The notes beneath the pieces were generated by a model. The model was not told the origin of the DNA. It saw nothing but the letters and a program-made list of their open reading frames with translations, and ran no database searches. A DNA stretch of 63,816 bases, the filler included, from Candidatus Rokuibacteriota bacterium (lineage in GTDB: Bacteria; JAUVQV01; DATDCY01), in assembly GCA_031406795.1 (NCBI GenBank). It is 7 parts of 7 records of this genome, joined end to end, with 100 filler letters (N's around TTAATTAATTAA, not from the genome) between each part and the next. Parts side by side here need not be neighbours in the genome. Positions count along the whole stretch, not along the records: positions 56,990 to 62,132 come from JANOHV010000114.1; positions 62,233 to 63,816 come from JANOHV010000197.1; 5 more parts are not named here. The stretch is one strand, 5' to 3'. The position numbers and the translations under genes were made by a program. Shown here one piece after another: positions 59,501 through 63,816 of this stretch (its first letter is position 1; each line of letters opens with the position of its first letter).

Positions 59501-62132
59501 ACGAACCGGTGCCCTCGCGCCAGTCGGCCGGCCGGATCGTGACGGTGGTCCTCTCCTACGCAGCCTTCGCTTCGCTGTGGATCCTGCTCTCCGACCGGGC
59601 CCTGGAGCTGTTGTTCAGCGACCCCGCACGAATCACGCTGGTGAGCACACTCAAGGGCTGGGCCTTCGTCGTCGTCACCTCCCTGTTGCTGTACATTCAG
59701 ATGCGGCGGCTTTCCCGTCCCGCAGCCGCGCCCGGCGCCCCGCTGGAGGGCCTCAAACCGCTGCTGGTGCCGCTGGGGCTTCTGGGCACGGCCATCGTCG
59801 CGCTGACTGCGGGCGGCATCGCGGAAAGGTTTGATCGTCAGAAACAGATCGATCTCGCCCGGCTCCAGGTCATCGCCGATCTCAAGAGCCAGCAGCTCGT
59901 CGCCTGGCTGGGGGAGCGGTGGGACGACGCACGGGTTCTGCAAACCAGCCCGCTGCTTGCCGACTGCTATTACCGCTGGCGCACAGCCGGCGACCCCGCC
60001 GGCCGCGAGTTGTTGCAGACGCAGCTCGCGGAATTCGGGAAGAGTCACGAACTGGCCGGCACGCAACTGCTCGACGGGCGCGGCGCGGTCCTGTGGGATT
60101 CCCGCAACCCTGCTCCCGTCCTCGACCCTGACCTGCGCGCTGCCGCCCTGCAGGCCGCCGCAGAGCGACGGGTCGGCCGTTTCGGTCCCTATCGCGACGC
60201 GGTCGGGCAGGTGCGCCTGGACTTCATCGCGCCCCTGACTTCGGCAGGCGCACCCCCCGCCATCGTCATCATGAGCGTCGACCCGGCGCAATTTCTCTAC
60301 CCCCAGCTCCAGAGCTGGCCGGTGCCCAGCCGCAGCGGCGAGATCGTGCTGATCAGGCGCGAGGGCGAGCAAGTGGTGTTCCTCAATCAGCTTCGACACC
60401 GCCCCGACTCGGCGCTGAAGCTTCGGGTCCCCTTCGCGGCCGAGCAACTGCCGGCATCCAGGATGCTCGACCGCGAGGGCAGGACGGGCAGCCCGGTGGA
60501 GGGCGCGGATTACCGGGGCGTGCCAGTTCTTGGTGTTGTGCGCGCCGTTCCGGGCACCGATTGGTTCCTCGCGGCCAAGCTGGACAAGTCCGAGTTGTAC
60601 GCCGATGCCGCCTCCGGCGCCCTCTGGATCGGCCTGGCCGGCCTGATGGCTTTGTGCGGCGCCGCCGCCGGCGCATTTCTGCTGCTGCAACGCCGGCAAC
60701 TCGCCGCAACCCTGCGCGAGCGGGAGGCCCAGGAGGAAAAGCTGCGCGCGCTGCGGCTGCTCGAAGCCATCGCGGAGAGTTCCGACGACGCCATCTTCGC
60801 CAAGGATCTGCAGGGGCGGTATCTGCTCTTCAACCGGGAAGCGGCGCGGATTACCGGCAAGTCGCCTGAGCAGGTGCTGGGCCGGGACGACTACGCGGTC
60901 TTCCCTCCCGCCGAGGCGGATCTGCTGATGGCCATCGGGCGGCAGGTTGTGGTCGAAAACCGGAAGGTGACCCACGAGGAGGAGCTGACCACCACCGGGG
61001 GCACCGGCGTCTTCCTCGCCACCAAGGGGCCGCTGCACGACACCGAGGGCCGGGTCGTCGGCTATTTCGGGATCTCGCGCGACATCACCGAGCGCAAGCG
61101 AACCGAGGAGGCGCTGCGCGAGAACGAAGCCCTGATCAGGGCCGTGCTGGACAATCTCCCGATCGGCGTGGCCGTCAACTCGATCAATCCCGCGGTCGCC
61201 ATCTACATGAACGACAACTTCCCGCTCTTCTACCAGACCACCCGGGAGAAGCTCGCCGACCCGGACGCGTTCTGGAGCGCGGTCTACGAAGACCCGGCGT
61301 TCAGGGAGCAGATGAAGAAGCGCGTGCTGGAGGATTGCGCCAGCGGCGACCCGCGCCGGATGCACTGGGTGGACGTGCCGATCACCCGCAGCAGAGGGCA
61401 GACGCATTTCATCACCGCGAGAAACACCCCGGTCCCCGGGAAATCGCTGATGATCTCGACTGTCTGGGACGTCACCGAGCGCAAGCGCGTGGAGGCGGAG
61501 AAGACCCTGCTCGAAGCCCAGTTGCTGCAGGCGCAGAAGATGGAATTGGTGGGGCGGCTGGCCGGCGGCGTGGCTCACGATTTCAACAACATGCTCTTCG
61601 TGATCATGGGCCACGCGGCCATGGCGCTGGAGCGCATCGGCCCGGAGGAGCCGCTCCACGCCGACCTCGAGGAGATCAGAAAGGCCGCACAGCGTTCCGC
61701 CGACCTCACGCGGCAGCTGCTGGCCTTCGCGCGGCGACAGACGGTCGCACCGCGGGTGCTCGACCTGAACCAGGTCGTCTCCGGCATGCTCTCGATGCTG
61801 CGGCGGCTGATCGGCGAGGACATCGATCTGGCCTGGCGGCCCGGGGAGGCGTTGTGGCCGGTCAGGATCGACCCGGCCCAGGTCGACCAGATCCTGGCCA
61901 ACCTCTGCGTGAATTCCCGCGACGCCATCGGCGGGACGGGCAGCATCACCATCGAGACGCTCAACGTCTCCTTCGACGAGGCAGCTCGTGTCGACAACCC
62001 GGAGATCGTCCCCGGCGATTACGTGCGGCTCAACGTCAGCGACAGCGGCTGCGGCATGAGCCTGGAGGTCCTCTCGCACCTGTTCGAACCCTTCTACACC
62101 ACCAAGGAAGCGGGGCGGGGCACCGGCCTCGG
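59497..62132 (+). CDS. Membrane PAS-domain sensor histidine kinase, 3' truncated
   Basis: Cache-like periplasmic region, two PAS domains, LAGGVAHDFNN, FEPFYTTKE. Confidence 0.92.
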
Positions 62133-62232
62133 NNNNNNNNNNNNNNNNNNNNNNNNNNNNNNNNNNNNNNNNNNNNTTAATTAATTAANNNNNNNNNNNN
62201 NNNNNNNNNNNNNNNNNNNNNNNNNNNNNNNN
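62133..62232. other. Artificial contig spacer
   Basis: N-TTAATTAATTAA-N. Confidence 0.98.
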
Positions 62233-62778
62233 ATGCACCTGGTCATAGCCACGCAGCGCCCCTCGACGAACGTCATCACCGGCATCATCAAGGCGAACCT
62301 GCCGGTGCGTATGTCCTTCAACGTCTCGTCCAAGATCGACTCGCGCGTCGTGCTCGACGCCAACGGCGCGGAGCTGCTGCTCGGCAAGGGCGACATGCTC
62401 TACCTGCCGCCGGGGACCAACAAGCTCGAACGCATCCACGGCGCGTTCGTCTCCGAGGACGAGGTCAAGCGGCTCGTCGAGCACCTCAAGGGCCAGGCGC
62501 AGCCGACCTACAATGAGGCGCTGCTGCAGCCGCCGCCGGCGGACGCCGCCGAAGCCGAGGGCGGGGACGGCGAGCAGGACGAGATGTACGACCAGGCCGT
62601 CGCGGTCGTCTCCGAGAGCGGCCAGGCCTCGATCTCGTACGTCCAGCGCCGGCTCAAGGTCGGCTACAACCGCGCCGCGCGGATGATCGAGGCGATGGAG
62701 AAGGCCGGCCTGATCGGCCCGGCGGACGGCGCCAGGCCGCGCAAGATCCTCGCGCGCCGCAATTACGACGAGGAGTAG
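62233..62778 (+). CDS. ftsK: FtsK/SpoIIIE DNA translocase, C-terminal part with gamma domain
   Basis: [43 protein letters not shown]. Confidence 0.93.
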   Translation: MHLVIATQRPSTNVITGIIKANLPVRMSFNVSSKIDSRVVLDANGAELLLGKGDMLYLPPGTNKLERIHGAFVSEDEVKRLVEHLKGQAQPTYNEALLQPPPADAAEAEGGDGEQDEMYDQAVAVVSESGQASISYVQRRLKVGYNRAARMIEAMEKAGLIGPADGARPRKILARRNYDEE

Positions 62779-62882
62779 TTAATCCCCATATTCTGCGGTT
62801 CTCAAGTGCTCTTGTCGCCCGATCAAACTTGAATGTGCCGAACCTGCGACCAGGTCCGTCATGTGGCAGTATTTTTATCATG

Positions 62883-62911
62883 TTGACTAATTTTATCGTT
62901 GTGGCTATTTT
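62883..62911 (+). promoter_or_regulatory. Sigma70-like promoter TTGACT-N17-TATTTT for mqsRA
   Basis: Correct spacing; predicted +1 falls at or next to the mqsR ATG (62918). Confidence 0.5.
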
Positions 62912-62917
62912 CTGGCC

Positions 62918-63226
62918 ATGGAGAAGCGATCTCCGCACTACCATGTTGAGGAAGTTCAGCGGGTAGTGGCCGATCCGGAGAGTCGCCCCTTTACGATGAC
63001 CGCGTTGCGCGGTGGTTTGGAGTTGGGATTGACCGAGCCCGAGATGAGGCGGACGGTGATGGGACTCCGGCGTGACAATTTCTACAAATCGATGACCACC
63101 CGCGTTGATCATCGATGTTGGCAGGATGTGTATCACGGGGAGACCGAGAGCGGCGCCGCCGTGTACATCAAGATAACGGCATGTGGCGATGATCGTCCTC
63201 CGGTCATTCAGTTCAAAGCAAGGTGA
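62918..63226 (+). CDS. mqsR: MqsR-family mRNA interferase toxin
   Basis: MEKRSPHY, FYKSMTT, WQDVYH, YIK, VIQFK. Confidence 0.92.
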   Translation: MEKRSPHYHVEEVQRVVADPESRPFTMTALRGGLELGLTEPEMRRTVMGLRRDNFYKSMTTRVDHRCWQDVYHGETESGAAVYIKITACGDDRPPVIQFKAR

Positions 63227-63236
63227 GGAGGTATCC

Positions 63237-63632
63237 ATGGAATGCCCTGCGTGCGGCACCGCCGCGATAGTGGCGAAGGAGTGCGACGAGACCCTGACCT
63301 ACGGGGGACAATCGCTGACCCTGCACGGGATGCGGGGCGATTTCTGCACCGCGTGCGGCGAAGGAACCTGGGATTCCTTGAGCTACCGGCGCTACACGGA
63401 GGCGCAGGCGTCCCTTCTCCGCGCCGTGAAAGGCGACGTGAGCGCCGATATCCGCCGCATTCGCAAGGGCCTCAACCTCACGCAGAGCGAACTCGCCGGG
63501 GTCTTCGGCATCGGTAAAGTGGCGTTCTCCCGCTACGAACGCGGCGAAACACGTCCCCCTGCACCCCTGGTGAAACTCCTTCGGCTGGTGGAGCGCCATC
63601 CTGAATTGCTCAAGGAGATGACGTCGGTGTAG
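63237..63632 (+). CDS. mqsA: MqsA-family antitoxin (zinc finger + HTH)
   Basis: CPACG...[26 protein letters not shown]. Confidence 0.92.
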   Translation: MECPACGTAAIVAKECDETLTYGGQSLTLHGMRGDFCTACGEGTWDSLSYRRYTEAQASLLRAVKGDVSADIRRIRKGLNLTQSELAGVFGIGKVAFSRYERGETRPPAPLVKLLRLVERHPELLKEMTSV

Positions 63633-63652
63633 CCGCCGGCCATTGTCTCCAA

Positions 63653-63816
63653 ATGATCCTGGCCCAGAGCGAGGCCGAGGACTCGATCACGCGGCTGGCG
63701 CAGCTCTCGCGCGCCGTCGGCATGCACCTGGTCATAGCCACGCAGCGCCCCTCGACGAACGTCATCACCGGCATCATCAAGGCGAACCTGCCGGTGCGTA
63801 TGTCCTTCAACGTCTC
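63653..63816 (+). repeat. ftsK: Second internal ftsK segment; 63722-63816 is identical to 62233-62327
   Basis: [34 protein letters not shown]; 95-bp exact direct repeat at the two contig ends. Confidence 0.88.

Overview
This is not one continuous locus. It is seven contigs joined by artificial 100-bp N-TTAATTAATTAA-N spacers (contigs 1-6819, 6920-25570, 25671-27229, 27330-29613, 29714-56889, 56990-62132, 62233-63816), most likely from a high-GC metagenome bin of an anaerobic Desulfobacterota/Deltaproteobacteria-like bacterium. Contigs 3 and 4 may be foreign to the bin. Contig 1: a secreted multicopper oxidase downstream of a large MauG-like di-heme protein with Ig-like and FG-GAP repeats, a small Cys protein and a sigma54 activator. 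Contig 2: an HD-GYP regulator and an MSHA-like type IV pilus cluster (pilin, ExeA, PilMNOPQ, MshE/PilB, four minor pilins, DUF11 adhesin, TMTC-like glycosyltransferase) with a recurring GC-rich palindrome. Contig 3: a pseudo-receiver/Ser-Thr kinase and a probable Rho N-terminus. Contig 4: a frameshifted epimerase and hicAB with attC-like remnants. Contig 5: hdrA-mvhD(Sec)-metV-metF, serA, cNOR (norCB), glnK-amtB, modABC, and a nitrogenase cluster nifK-nifEN-nifX-nifI1-nifI2-fdxB-nifB that starts at its own sigma54 promoter and is separated from a frameshifted nifD 3' remnant. Contig 6: hybrid histidine kinases. Contig 7: an ftsK 3' end plus mqsRA, with a 95-bp terminal direct repeat. No rRNA, tRNA or CRISPR array was seen. 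All calls come from reading motifs by eye; no database searches were run.
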